A stretch of 32,000 bases of DNA from an uncultured archaeon (GTDB lineage: Archaea; Micrarchaeota; Micrarchaeia; Micrarchaeales; CABMGC01), in the NCBI GenBank assembly GCA_963704435.1, contig OY969902.1:120001-152000 (forward strand), written 5' to 3'. Made by a program: the position numbers and the translations under genes. Within the stretch, counting starts at the first letter, position 1. Each line of letters opens with the position of its first letter. The notes beneath the pieces were generated by a model. The model was not told the DNA's origin and did not search any database. It saw only the letters and a program-made list of their open reading frames with translations. This document shows, one piece after another, positions 1 to 8,834 of this stretch.

Positions 1-1
1 C

Positions 2-541
2 GAATTGAATATTAATGTGGGAGATGCGACGCTAAAGGTCAACGCATGTAGGCAGATGGACGTGGCGCTTGCACCAGTAATCCCCTTATCCATAGTGGTC
101 AGAGCGCTTGCTGGAAGGAAGGGAGGGGCCAAAATTCCGGAGATGCTGGAGGCGCTGGATAGCCTTGGAAACATCAGATCGGTGAATATGCCGTCTGACG
201 TGGGCGAGAGGAAAAAAATGATGTTCCGCCTCCTGGAGAATCTTAGGGCCGTACGCTACCAGGACGGCAGGTGGGAGCTCGGAGTGTGGGGGAAGAACGA
301 GAGCAACAGAAACATAAAGGATGCCCACTACCTCAATCGCACGGCCATCGAGGAGATGCTCGCGCAGTTCGATGCGTGGTGGCGGCAGAACGAGCAGAAA
401 CGCGAGTTGCTTATGCAGCCGGAAAGGGACAAGAAGCAGCAGTGCAAGCTGCTGCCGCTCAAGGCGAACTTGGATCACAGCCTTATACGTGGGCAGGCCA
501 AGTTCGAGAAGCTTCTCGATGCTAAGAATGCTGAAAAATAA
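2..541 (+). CDS. Hypothetical protein, possibly 5'-truncated by the window edge
   Basis: ORF of at least 178 aa; the listed start is TTG at 5 and the frame is open to the window edge. Confidence 0.55.
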   Translation, partial: ELNINVGDATLKVNACRQMDVALAPVIPLSIVVRALAGRKGGAKIPEMLEALDSLGNIRSVNMPSDVGERKKMMFRLLENLRAVRYQDGRWELGVWGKNESNRNIKDAHYLNRTAIEEMLAQFDAWWRQNEQKRELLMQPERDKKQQCKLLPLKANLDHSLIRGQAKFEKLLDAKNAEK

Positions 542-561
542 GATATTGCACAAATGACTGG

Positions 562-1137
562 ATGACTATGCAGAACGCCGATGGAAAGGGCAACGCAGGA
601 ACCGCCGACCTGGCGCAGCTGGAAAGGGACGACCGCTTCGTCTATTACATATCGAACGTTGCGCCCGAGATTATTGCACGGGTGCCTTGGGAAAAGATGA
701 CTCAGAGGGATCGCACGACCTTGAAGGGGGAGATGAAAGAGATTGGCTTCGAGCAGGACTATATCGCGATCAACGGCCATGCGCCGGCCTGGCCCAGGCC
801 GACAAAGCGTGCGTATTCATTCAACAGGGTTTCTGAGGGTCTGGCGCAGCGTCTAGCTGAGTTGTGGGTGTTGAAGTCGAGCGCGGTCCGCGAGCTTTAC
901 AAGGTGGACGACTCCGACCTGGTCAAGTGGGCCGACGCGTACAACACGACGGCTAGGCCGCTGGCCGAGGAGTACGACCACCTTCTCCCGAAGGATCCTG
1001 ATGGTTACCTGATCGGAAGGCCGGGGGAGTACCAGGCCGGGAGCGTGCTGAATGAGCTGCCGCCTTCTGCGGAGATAGTGATTCCCAAGCGCGCCGACGC
1101 CGGTGCCAAGCAGGTCCCCAGTAGAGTATTCAGGTGA
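562..1137 (+). CDS. Hypothetical protein, 191 aa
   Basis: Long ORF 20 nt downstream of the previous one on the same strand; no recognised motif. Confidence 0.6.
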   Translation: MTMQNADGKGNAGTADLAQLERDDRFVYYISNVAPEIIARVPWEKMTQRDRTTLKGEMKEIGFEQDYIAINGHAPAWPRPTKRAYSFNRVSEGLAQRLAELWVLKSSAVRELYKVDDSDLVKWADAYNTTARPLAEEYDHLLPKDPDGYLIGRPGEYQAGSVLNELPPSAEIVIPKRADAGAKQVPSRVFR

Positions 1138-1221
1138 CTGCACCTCCCGCCGGCATCTTCAAGGGCAAATTTAACGCCAATGCTTAAGAACCTCGGAAGG
1201 CACAATTGACAGTAGGATAAA

Positions 1222-1662
1222 ATGAGCGTTGCGATATTCAATAAAGCTGCAGAGGGCTGCGTTGTCGAGATTCCTTCGAAGACCATCGAAACGCCAGCGG
1301 CTGCTGCAACATTGATCATGCCAAAAACCGCAGAAGCGGAAATATCCGACGGCACAGGCGCACTGAAGGCGGCACTCCAAAAAACAGAGGAAAAGACCGC
1401 GATAGAGATGCACAAAGAGGGCAAAACTACCAAGCACAGCAGGAATTGGAATGAAGAGGCCTGGAGACCGTCATACAGCTATATCGACGGGCTTGCAGTG
1501 ATAACGGCAGTCATCGCACTTGTCTATAGCGTCGAATACGCGGCCGCTTTCGCGGTCGGATGTGGAGTGACCATATTGGGATGGAGGTACTATAAAGGAC
1601 ACCAGAATGGCAAAAATGAAGCTATAAAGGCAGGCGAGCAGCCCGATGGCAAGTCCAAGTAA
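1222..1662 (+). CDS. Hypothetical membrane protein, 146 aa, with hydrophobic segment(s) near the C terminus
   Basis: ATG ORF; hydrophobic stretch VITAVIALVYSVEYAAAFAVGCGVTILGW followed by a basic tail. Confidence 0.6.
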   Translation: MSVAIFNKAAEGCVVEIPSKTIETPAAAATLIMPKTAEAEISDGTGALKAALQKTEEKTAIEMHKEGKTTKHSRNWNEEAWRPSYSYIDGLAVITAVIALVYSVEYAAAFAVGCGVTILGWRYYKGHQNGKNEAIKAGEQPDGKSK

Positions 1663-2223
1663 ATAGCGCCCGCACCGGCTTCCTGAGGTACGCGGTGCAC
1701 TGCGCGCGGCTGCTCTGAGCGCGCCGGGCGGAGAGGTTGATTCCCGCGCAGACAGAATAATGTTAGAAAAGCCCAGATAATTCTAGCAGAAGCAAATCTT
1801 CTCTTTATCTGCGTCCACGCGCCTGCTCGCTCCGACCTTACAAATTATCGATGAGAAATTTATCCGCTCTTTAATCGCAGATTAGGCGCTAATTCTGTCG
1901 TCGGAGCAGATGATTACCGGAATTTTCAACAGACGTTTTGAGTTATCATCAGCATGGTAATTTGGTCGCGAGTTCCATACCTATAGCAGGAAAAACGCCT
2001 CATGAGGAAAAGGCATTTCTTCGGACCTCTTCCGATGCTCCAGCCGGCTTGGTTCACCACCGGGCCTGATTTTCCATAAATGCGGAATGTAAGCTTTTCT
2101 GAAAAGGTATTTTCGTTCTACAGTTATGGAAAATGGAAAAATACACCTGCATTTTTGATTTTTCCATGTCTATGAGCCTAGTCCGATGCACTGTGAGAAC
2201 ACCCCAAAAGGACGAAGCTAGTT

Positions 2224-2448
2224 CTAGCGCCTCAGCTCGATGAGCTTGTACCTCAGCGCGTCATATGCCTCTAACGGGAGGAAGACCGCATGAAGCGCGT
2301 TATCCAAGGTCATAACCTCATCCAGCACAGGCGTAAGTATGAGGCTTGCGCCAATCCCAATCTCGACAGGACTGTGGTTTACGAATCCCGAGACTACACA
2401 TACGATGCCCGCAGTGGCCGCCGCAGTGTGGAAGTTTGTTTTATCCAT
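2224..2448 (-). CDS. Small two-helix membrane protein, similar to the 9518-9886 protein
   Basis: ORF MDKTNFHTAAATAGIVCVVSGFVNHSPVEIGIGASLILTPV...; TATA-like sequence just upstream of this internal ATG favours 2448 over the listed 2481 start. Confidence 0.6.
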   Translation of the reverse strand: MDKTNFHTAAATAGIVCVVSGFVNHSPVEIGIGASLILTPVLDEVMTLDNALHAVFLPLEAYDALRYKLIELRR

Positions 2449-2675
2449 TTCACTCACGTATATTATAATAGCGCTTCTCATATTTACGTCGAATCACATG
2501 GTTGGACATGCGTCCAACTAGAGGGATAGCCGTATACGGTATATGAAAAGCTTATTCTCGCGCCACACCCCAAGCCGCCTAATACTGTTTGAGAAAATCC
2601 AACTCTTTCCTGTCTTATGGCACGCTAACTCCGGACTGCTCTGCGGCAATTGCATTTTTGCATCCTATTACGGCA

Positions 2676-3278
2676 TCAGAGGAACGCTGAACATCCTCCG
2701 CGGCTTCCCTTCGCCGGATGCTGGACTTCGCTCTCATCCACCTTCATGTGGCGTGATGCTGCAATCAGCAGTGCGCCGATCGCGACGATGGCTGTGCCCG
2801 CCGCCGCCACGTTGAGCCCAAGGTTCTGCAGGTTCTGTATCGTTATGTGCGCGTGTGCCGTAAGCACGCTCACATTGTTTCCTCCGTTCAGATAGAACGC
2901 CGGGTCCTGGATTTTTCCCATCGACAGCCTAATGCCGTCCAACGTCGCCGATTTCCCAGGAGCGAGCACAGCAAGCGGCGACTGGCTACCGCCTTCGCTG
3001 ACATAAACGTACGCTGCGTCGACGGTTTTGTTGAAGAAGTCCCATCCGACTCCAGTTACGTGGACATTGCGGGAGGGCACACTTGCAACCGCGATGACGT
3101 CCCCGGACTGCACCGTCGTCCTGATTGTCTCGACCACGGGGTTAAAGAAGTTAGTTACGCCTACGATCGCCCCCGAAAGGCCGAACCCAGAAACCACACC
3201 TCCCCAGGCCTCGCCGTAATCTCTCACCGCGCCCTTAACCGCTGCAACATATCCGTTGGCATTCGACTTGGTGGTCAT
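2676..3278 (-). CDS. Membrane protein, 200 aa, N- and C-terminal hydrophobic segments around a ~120-aa soluble region
   Basis: ATG at 3278 with TATA-like TTAAATAT ~30 nt upstream; C-terminal segment LNVAAAGTAIVAIGALLIAASRHMK. Confidence 0.65.
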   Translation of the reverse strand: MTTKSNANGYVAAVKGAVRDYGEAWGGVVSGFGLSGAIVGVTNFFNPVVETIRTTVQSGDVIAVASVPSRNVHVTGVGWDFFNKTVDAAYVYVSEGGSQSPLAVLAPGKSATLDGIRLSMGKIQDPAFYLNGGNNVSVLTAHAHITIQNLQNLGLNVAAAGTAIVAIGALLIAASRHMKVDESEVQHPAKGSRGGCSAFL

Positions 3279-3441
3279 GCTATCAGTATCTGCTGCGCTC
3301 TCCCCATATTTAAGGATTTTCCGCGTTCTTGCCGAAAAGTCCGCAGGGGCGTACCAGCAAGAGCGCATCCGTTTGCGCCGTGAAAACAGTTTCCCGAACA
3401 ATGCTTATATATGCGGAAAAACAAAGGAAAATCGTGGTAAA

Positions 3442-3978
3442 ATGGTGAGCGACGAGTCCAAGCGGGAAGGTCCTGTTCAAATTAAGACTAGGATCGATGA
3501 GCATCCTATTGTGAAGATTGCTGCGATAATGGAGGGGAGGTTCTCAGACCTAAATGACAAATTCAATGCTGGCGTAAATGCGCTACGAATCCAGGGCATG
3601 AAGGAGATTGAGGAGGCCGAGAGGGTAGCGGTGTTAAATATTGCTAAAGAATTGGCGGGAGATAAGACTGAAAATGGCAAAAACATGAGAGACATCCTTT
3701 CAGAGCTGAGTGCAAAGGGCGAAATCAAGTCCTATGGCCTTCCCGTCGGCATGTGGGACCTGAAAGAAGCCAAGCTTGTGAGAACTGACGTAAGCCCATC
3801 TTCGCTCTATGCCGACATCGACACGTATGAAACAGATCCGACGACATTCGTATTGACGGAAACCGGCAGAAAAGTCACTGCGAAGCTGCTTGAGATACAG
3901 AGCGGAAAGGCGCTGGAGGAAACGAACGCGGCTGAGGACATTCTCGGAACCCTGTTTAGGAGCCCGGCCAAGAATTGA
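3442..3978 (+). CDS. Hypothetical cytosolic protein, 178 aa, related to the N-terminal region of the 9899-10876 protein
   Basis: ATG at 3442 preceded by TATA-like cttatatatg; shares HPIV..., SYG...DL..AKLV and TE.GR.V..K.LE.Q with the 9899 ORF. Confidence 0.7.
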   Translation: MVSDESKREGPVQIKTRIDEHPIVKIAAIMEGRFSDLNDKFNAGVNALRIQGMKEIEEAERVAVLNIAKELAGDKTENGKNMRDILSELSAKGEIKSYGLPVGMWDLKEAKLVRTDVSPSSLYADIDTYETDPTTFVLTETGRKVTAKLLEIQSGKALEETNAAEDILGTLFRSPAKN

Positions 3979-4035
3979 TAATTAGGGATTAAATGCAAGC
4001 GCCTGAACATTCCGACTCTTATGAGATGTGATGGC

Positions 4036-4911
4036 ATGGCAAGGAACGCAATCGTAATAAGTGGTGAGGCCATCGAAGCCACAATCGACTTGGATAGCTC
4101 GCGGCTCTCCAGTCTGAAATCCAGAGGACTTAAGCGGGGAGGGGACGACATCGAAGTAATGTACCAGGGCGGTGCGCCGGACGGGGCGGGACCGCGTTAC
4201 AACTATCTGATGTTTCCAATCATCGGAAAGACAAAAGACGATAGAGTCAGGTTAAACGGCGACGACATCGCCATTGCGCAGCATGGCATAGCCCGCGACC
4301 TTCCCTGGGAGGTGCTGCACCGCGACCCGAGCTCGGTGGCCATGAGGCAGACGTACGAGGCGCGCACGAAAGTGTTGAGGCGGGAGAAGGGAATCGAGTC
4401 CTCGTGGCCGTTCGACTATGCGATTACCAACGCATACCGCATCGGAATTGACGACTCGCTGGTGCTGAACGTCGTGATCGAGAACCGCTCCGAAGCGAGC
4501 ATGCCCTACACCCTCGGATGGCACTTCACGGTCGCGGCACCCTCCGGCACGGCCATCACCATCATGAATTGCAACGAGCCGCGCGTCCGCGACATGCCTT
4601 TGGAAAGCGTCACCTCAGCGAAAGGCAACGTCATCGTATTCGACGAGGCTTTCGCGATAAACTGCAGGACAGTGGAATACGAAATAGGGGTTGAGCACAA
4701 TTTCGGCAGCATGCAGGTCTGGGCGCCGGCCCCAGAGGCGGACGGCGTGCAGTTCGCAGGGATAGAGCCGATAACGGCCAGGCCGCTGAGCCGCGTCGAC
4801 GACTACGACCCTCAACGGGAGCTACGCCTGCAGCCGGGATACGCCGAACTCGGACCGGGACAGGCCAAGACCTTCACCGCGGCCGTAAGGATCATAGAGC
4901 ACCGCGATTGA
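4036..4911 (+). CDS. Aldose 1-epimerase (galactose mutarotase)-like protein
   Basis: 291 aa; opening SGEAIEATIDLDSSRLSSLKSRG, YLMFPIIG, YTLGWHFTV and the AGIEPITA-like C-terminal segment fit the mutarotase fold. Confidence 0.75.
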   Translation: MARNAIVISGEAIEATIDLDSSRLSSLKSRGLKRGGDDIEVMYQGGAPDGAGPRYNYLMFPIIGKTKDDRVRLNGDDIAIAQHGIARDLPWEVLHRDPSSVAMRQTYEARTKVLRREKGIESSWPFDYAITNAYRIGIDDSLVLNVVIENRSEASMPYTLGWHFTVAAPSGTAITIMNCNEPRVRDMPLESVTSAKGNVIVFDEAFAINCRTVEYEIGVEHNFGSMQVWAPAPEADGVQFAGIEPITARPLSRVDDYDPQRELRLQPGYAELGPGQAKTFTAAVRIIEHRD

Positions 4912-4963
4912 GGCAGAAAGGCAAGCCATATATTCATTGCATTGCATTTTCTGAAATGTTACA

Positions 4964-6724
4964 ATGCCTAATGCTGAGGACAGCCCTCCCAATAACGGGA
5001 CGGCCCGCAAGGACCTGGCCTACGACTCCAAGGAGGAGAAGCGCGAGGGGAAGTACGGGATTGACTACAAGTGGATAGTGCTCTCCAACACCACGCTCGG
5101 CGCGACGATGGCTGCGATAGACAGCTCGATAGTGCTGATCTCCCTGCCGCAGATCTTCAGCGGTCTCGGCGTCAATCCGCTCGTGCCGGCAAACATCGGC
5201 CTGCTGCTCTGGATGCTTCTGGGCTACATGATAGTCAGCTCGGTCTGCGTCGTCGCCTTCGGCAGGTTGTCCGATATGTACGGCCGCGTCAGGCTCTACA
5301 ACGTGGGCTTCATCGTCTTCGCGCTCGCGAGCACGCTCATCTACGCGTCGTCCTACTTCGTCACCGGCACGGCGGGCGCGCTCTCCATAATACTGCTAAG
5401 GCTCTTCCAGGCGGTAGGGGGCGCATTCCTGTTCGCCAACAGCGCGGCGCTGCTCACGGACGCGTTCCCGCACACAGAGAGGGGGATGGCCCTGGGAATC
5501 AACGGGATCGCCTTCGCAGGAGGCAGCATCGTGGGCCTGATAGTCGGAGGGCTGCTCGCCGCGATAGACTGGCACCTGATATTCATGATAAGCGTTCCCA
5601 TAGGCATCGCGGGGGCTGTGTGGTCCTACCTCGCGCTGCATGAGATAGCCACGATGAAGAAAGACCAGAAGCTCGACATCCCGGGAAACGTGGCCTTCGG
5701 CGCCTCGCTCGCGATACTGCTCATAGCACTCACCTACGCGATGCTTCCCTATGGCAGCGCGCAGACCGGCTGGGGCAACCCACTGGTGCTCGCGGGCTTC
5801 GCGATCGGGACCGCGCTGATGCTCCTCTTCGTCTGGATCGAGCTGCATTCCAAGGACCCGATGTTCAAGCTCAACCTCTTCAGGAACAGGTCCTTCGCAG
5901 CAGGGAACATCAGCATGCTGCTCGCGGGCATAGCAAGGGGCGGACTGCAGCTCATGCTGGTCATCTGGCTGCAGGGCATCTGGCTGCCGCTGCATGGGGT
6001 CAGCTTCGAGCGGACCCCGCTGCTAGCGGCGATATACATGCTGCCCCTCACAATAGGTGTCCTCGTATCGGGTCCGATATTCGGCAAGCTATCCGACAAG
6101 CACGGGGTCAACCTCTTCGCCACGTTGGGGATGGTCCTGAGCGCAGTGGGCTTCGCCGCGATGCTTGCGCTGCCAGTGTCATTCTCGCTCTGGCCGTTCG
6201 TGGCAGTGACCTTCCTGCTCGGAGTGGGTCAGGGCATGTTCATCTCGCCGAACATGGCAGCGATAATGAATGCCGTACCGCCGGAGGACAGGGGCGCAGC
6301 AGGTGGGATGCGCGCCGCGCTGCAGAACATCTCCTACATGTTCAGCATAATAATATTCTTCTCGCTGCTCGTGCTAGGGCTGGGCGCTACCCTGCAGCAC
6401 TCGATGTACACGGGCCTGGTCGCGCAAGGCATATCCAACTCCACAGCAGCGACCGCATCGAACATATCCCCGACAGGCGCGCTCTTCGCTGCATTCCTCG
6501 GATACAATCCGCTGAAGACGCTGATACCTGCTGGAATATTCGCCAACCTGACCGCGGTGCAGCAGGCGGCGATAGCCAGCACCGGCTTCTTCCCGCAGCT
6601 CATCTCGCCGCCGTTCCAGCAGGGGATACAGACTGTGCTCTATCTGGCGATAGCGATGTCAATAGTGGCTGCGATAGCATCCTCGCTGAGGGGCAAGAGG
6701 AGCGTCTACGGGATCGAGCCATAG
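4964..6724 (+). CDS. MFS transporter, DHA2 (EmrB/QacA-like) drug:H+ antiporter type
   Basis: 586 aa, many TM segments; MAAIDSSIVLISLPQI and GRLSDMYGRVRLYNVGF signature motifs. Confidence 0.93.
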   Translation: MPNAEDSPPNNGTARKDLAYDSKEEKREGKYGIDYKWIVLSNTTLGATMAAIDSSIVLISLPQIFSGLGVNPLVPANIGLLLWMLLGYMIVSSVCVVAFGRLSDMYGRVRLYNVGFIVFALASTLIYASSYFVTGTAGALSIILLRLFQAVGGAFLFANSAALLTDAFPHTERGMALGINGIAFAGGSIVGLIVGGLLAAIDWHLIFMISVPIGIAGAVWSYLALHEIATMKKDQKLDIPGNVAFGASLAILLIALTYAMLPYGSAQTGWGNPLVLAGFAIGTALMLLFVWIELHSKDPMFKLNLFRNRSFAAGNISMLLAGIARGGLQLMLVIWLQGIWLPLHGVSFERTPLLAAIYMLPLTIGVLVSGPIFGKLSDKHGVNLFATLGMVLSAVGFAAMLALPVSFSLWPFVAVTFLLGVGQGMFISPNMAAIMNAVPPEDRGAAGGMRAALQNISYMFSIIIFFSLLVLGLGATLQHSMYTGLVAQGISNSTAATASNISPTGALFAAFLGYNPLKTLIPAGIFANLTAVQQAAIASTGFFPQLISPPFQQGIQTVLYLAIAMSIVAAIASSLRGKRSVYGIEP

Positions 6725-6764
6725 TGAGCAGACCGCAAGCTAGGATATTTAAAAATGACCTCCT

Positions 6765-6784
6765 CCCCCGACTAAAGTCGGGGG
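6765..6784. repeat. Perfect 8-bp stem, TAAA loop (IS end hairpin on the 3' side of tnpA)
   Basis: CCCCCGAC TAAA GTCGGGGG read directly. Confidence 0.9.
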
Positions 6785-6797
6785 TATCCCCTGCGCT

Positions 6798-7253
6798 CTA
6801 GGCGGCAAGTCTCATTTGTCCGTACTGATCCTGCTTTCTGATGTAATTTTGTATCGTCTCCTCGTTCTGAGGGCCTACGCTTCCGTTACTGTATCCTTCA
6901 CTCCAGAAATGCCCTCTCCAATACTTAAGTCGATGGTTTGGCATTTCTTTGAAGACCACGTACGCCGAATATCCCTTCAGCAGTTGCACCGCGGTTGAAA
7001 CTGACATAGTATTTGGTACGTCAATCTCAAGATGCACGTGTTGAAAGTCTTCTCCGACAGCGAATTCTTTAATTCCGATTCCATGTCTACGCGCGGCGTC
7101 ATAAATCGCATCGTGTATTATTCGGCAGGTCTCTGGATTTTTGAACATCCTGTATCGATATTTCGACACAAAAACCATGTGCTGCCAGTTGTACCTGTGG
7201 ATGCATGCCGTCGCGCTTTCCTTTATATCCCTTACATTGTTTACACTATTCAC
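6798..7253 (-). CDS. tnpA: IS200/IS605 family Y1 transposase TnpA
   Basis: 151 aa; YNWQHMVFVSKYRYRMF, HVHLEID (HUH) and catalytic-Tyr region NYIRKQ all present; ORF intact. Confidence 0.95.
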   Translation of the reverse strand: MNSVNNVRDIKESATACIHRYNWQHMVFVSKYRYRMFKNPETCRIIHDAIYDAARRHGIGIKEFAVGEDFQHVHLEIDVPNTMSVSTAVQLLKGYSAYVVFKEMPNHRLKYWRGHFWSEGYSNGSVGPQNEETIQNYIRKQDQYGQMRLAA

Positions 7254-7360
7254 AATAACACTTCGGCGGCAGAAACTTCAGGACCGCAAAAATTCTGGGG
7301 CCACACTGCCGTCGCTAATCCTTCTCAGAATTTGTTAAAAATAGAGCAGGAACACTCAAA

Positions 7361-7413
7361 GTGGGGTCAATTCCTGTCCGCGGGCTAAAGCCCGTGGTAT
7401 ACCTTGACCCCAC
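7361..7413. repeat. Nested inverted repeats at the IS 5' end: outer 10-bp arms around an inner 8-bp hairpin
   Basis: GTGGGGTCAA (7361-7370) and TTGACCCCAC (7404-7413) are exact reverse complements and enclose the inner hairpin at 7378-7397. Confidence 0.9.
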
Positions 7414-7432
7414 ACCCCCTAATAAAACAAGC

Positions 7433-7452
7433 GGCGGGCCAGAAGGCCCGCC
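7433..7452 (-). terminator. 3' hairpin, putative terminator or 3'-UTR element of the TRAM gene
   Basis: GGCGGGCC AGAA GGCCCGCC, perfect 8-bp stem 22 nt past the stop; on the minus strand followed by GCTTGTTTTATTA. Confidence 0.6.
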
Positions 7453-7474
7453 AAACAAAAAAGAGTTCCGGACT

Positions 7475-7759
7475 TTACTGTATGATCTCGCCGGTAGAGA
7501 ACCTTTCCCTGACGTCGGTTATCCTCACCTTCACGGTGTCGCCCTGTCTGGCGCCCTTCACGAAGATGACGAAGCCGTCCTTCTTGGCTATGCCGTCGCC
7601 CTTCGACGCGGTCCCTTCTATCTTCACTTCGACCTCGTCTCCGACCTTCACCGGCTTAGGCTCGGACGAGCCCGAGAAAGAGCTCCTCCTGTCTCCGCCG
7701 AATCCGCCCCTGTAGCCCCCTCTGGAGCCGCTTCCGTAGTTTCCTTCTTCATATGACAT
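7475..7759 (-). CDS. TRAM-domain protein with Gly/Arg-rich N terminus (archaeal RNA-chaperone type)
   Basis: VKVGDEVEVKIEGTASKGDGIAKKDGFVIFVKGARQGDTVKVRITDVRERFSTGEII is a TRAM domain; RGG-like N-terminal segment. Start 7759 or 7795 is uncertain. Confidence 0.85.
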   Translation of the reverse strand: MSYEEGNYGSGSRGGYRGGFGGDRRSSFSGSSEPKPVKVGDEVEVKIEGTASKGDGIAKKDGFVIFVKGARQGDTVKVRITDVRERFSTGEIIQ

Positions 7760-7883
7760 TCTATTCACTTCTTTACGCAGAATTAGAGCTTTCATTATGC
7801 CTTTCTTCTCCGTAAAGATATATGGAGGTCTAGTCCTATATAAAGCTTCGCAAGAAGGTCTGCATGATCGGCAGCGCGATGGC

Positions 7884-8816
7884 CTAGCACTTCCCCAGCA
7901 GATTCGCCGCGACGGCTATCTCCTCGATGGACTTTGCAGCGGCAACCTTCCGTCTTATCCCTGCAGCGTTCTCGACGCCGGAGACGAACTGGACCGCCTG
8001 GAGGCGGACTGCCTGAAGGGGCTGACCGCGTGAGTAGCGCAGGAAGCGGAGGAGCGCGTCCGCGCGGTCCTTGGCGGCAGGGAGGCTGTACGAGCCTTTC
8101 CTGAAGTAGTCGCCCAGCTGCCTGAAGACGAAGGGATTGCCTATGGCCGCGCGGCCCACCATAACGCCGTCGCAGCCGGTCTCCTTCATCATCTTCTCCG
8201 CGTCCTCAGGGGTGGCGACACTCCCGTTGCCGATCACAGGTATTCCGAGGGCGTGCTTGATGTCCCCTATCGCGGCGAGATCGGGAGGCACGTCGTAGCC
8301 CTGCTTGGCGGTCCTCCCATGCACCGTGAGCGCGGAGGCGCCTCCGCGCTCGACGGCCTTCGCAATCTCCAGCGCATTGGACTTGGTGCTGAAGCCGAGC
8401 CGCATCTTGGCGGTGTAAGGGATTCTCAGGGCAGTTAGCGCGTCGAATATCCTGGCTACTCTCGTGGGATCGTCCAGGAGTGCTGCGCCGGCTCCCTGCC
8501 CCGTGACTGCGCAGGCAGGACAGCCGAGGTTGATGTCGATTATCTCACATCGCCTCTCCAGGGACCTGGCGGCGAGTGCGATGTTCGCTGGCTCGGAGCC
8601 CACGATCTGGATTGCATAGGGTCTCTCTCCGGGAGCGCGGGAGACAATGGATTCGGTGCTGGCATTCCTGTGGAATACTGCCTCGGACGAGACCATCTCG
8701 CTCGTGGTCAGCCCAGCGCCGAACTCCCTGCACAGCCGACGGAATGGGGCCGTGGAGAAGCTGGCCATCGGAGCCAGGAGGAAACCGTTCCTTAGGGTAA
8801 CATTGCCGATCTTCAT
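7884..8816 (-). CDS. tRNA-dihydrouridine synthase, full-length Dus family
   Basis: 310 aa; LLAPMASFSTAPFRRLCREFGAGL, DINLGCPACAVTGQGAGAAL, GRAAIGNPFVF plus a C-terminal helical region. Confidence 0.93.
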   Translation of the reverse strand: MKIGNVTLRNGFLLAPMASFSTAPFRRLCREFGAGLTTSEMVSSEAVFHRNASTESIVSRAPGERPYAIQIVGSEPANIALAARSLERRCEIIDINLGCPACAVTGQGAGAALLDDPTRVARIFDALTALRIPYTAKMRLGFSTKSNALEIAKAVERGGASALTVHGRTAKQGYDVPPDLAAIGDIKHALGIPVIGNGSVATPEDAEKMMKETGCDGVMVGRAAIGNPFVFRQLGDYFRKGSYSLPAAKDRADALLRFLRYSRGQPLQAVRLQAVQFVSGVENAAGIRRKVAAAKSIEEIAVAANLLGKC

Positions 8817-8834
8817 GTGAATCAGGTGTGCAGC

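Larger units (their letters stand above)
6760..7413 (-). mobile_element. IS200/IS605-type insertion element carrying tnpA only; exact ends not determined
   Basis: tnpA flanked by TAAA-loop hairpins: CCCCCGAC-TAAA-GTCGGGGG (6765-6784) and CCGCGGGC-TAAA-GCCCGTGG (7378-7397, one G-U pair). Confidence 0.8.

Noticed and set aside
1715-1752. tRNA 3'-end-like string (gagaggttgattcccgcgc)
   Set aside because: No matching acceptor stem, D-arm or anticodon arm could be assembled, even allowing for an intron.
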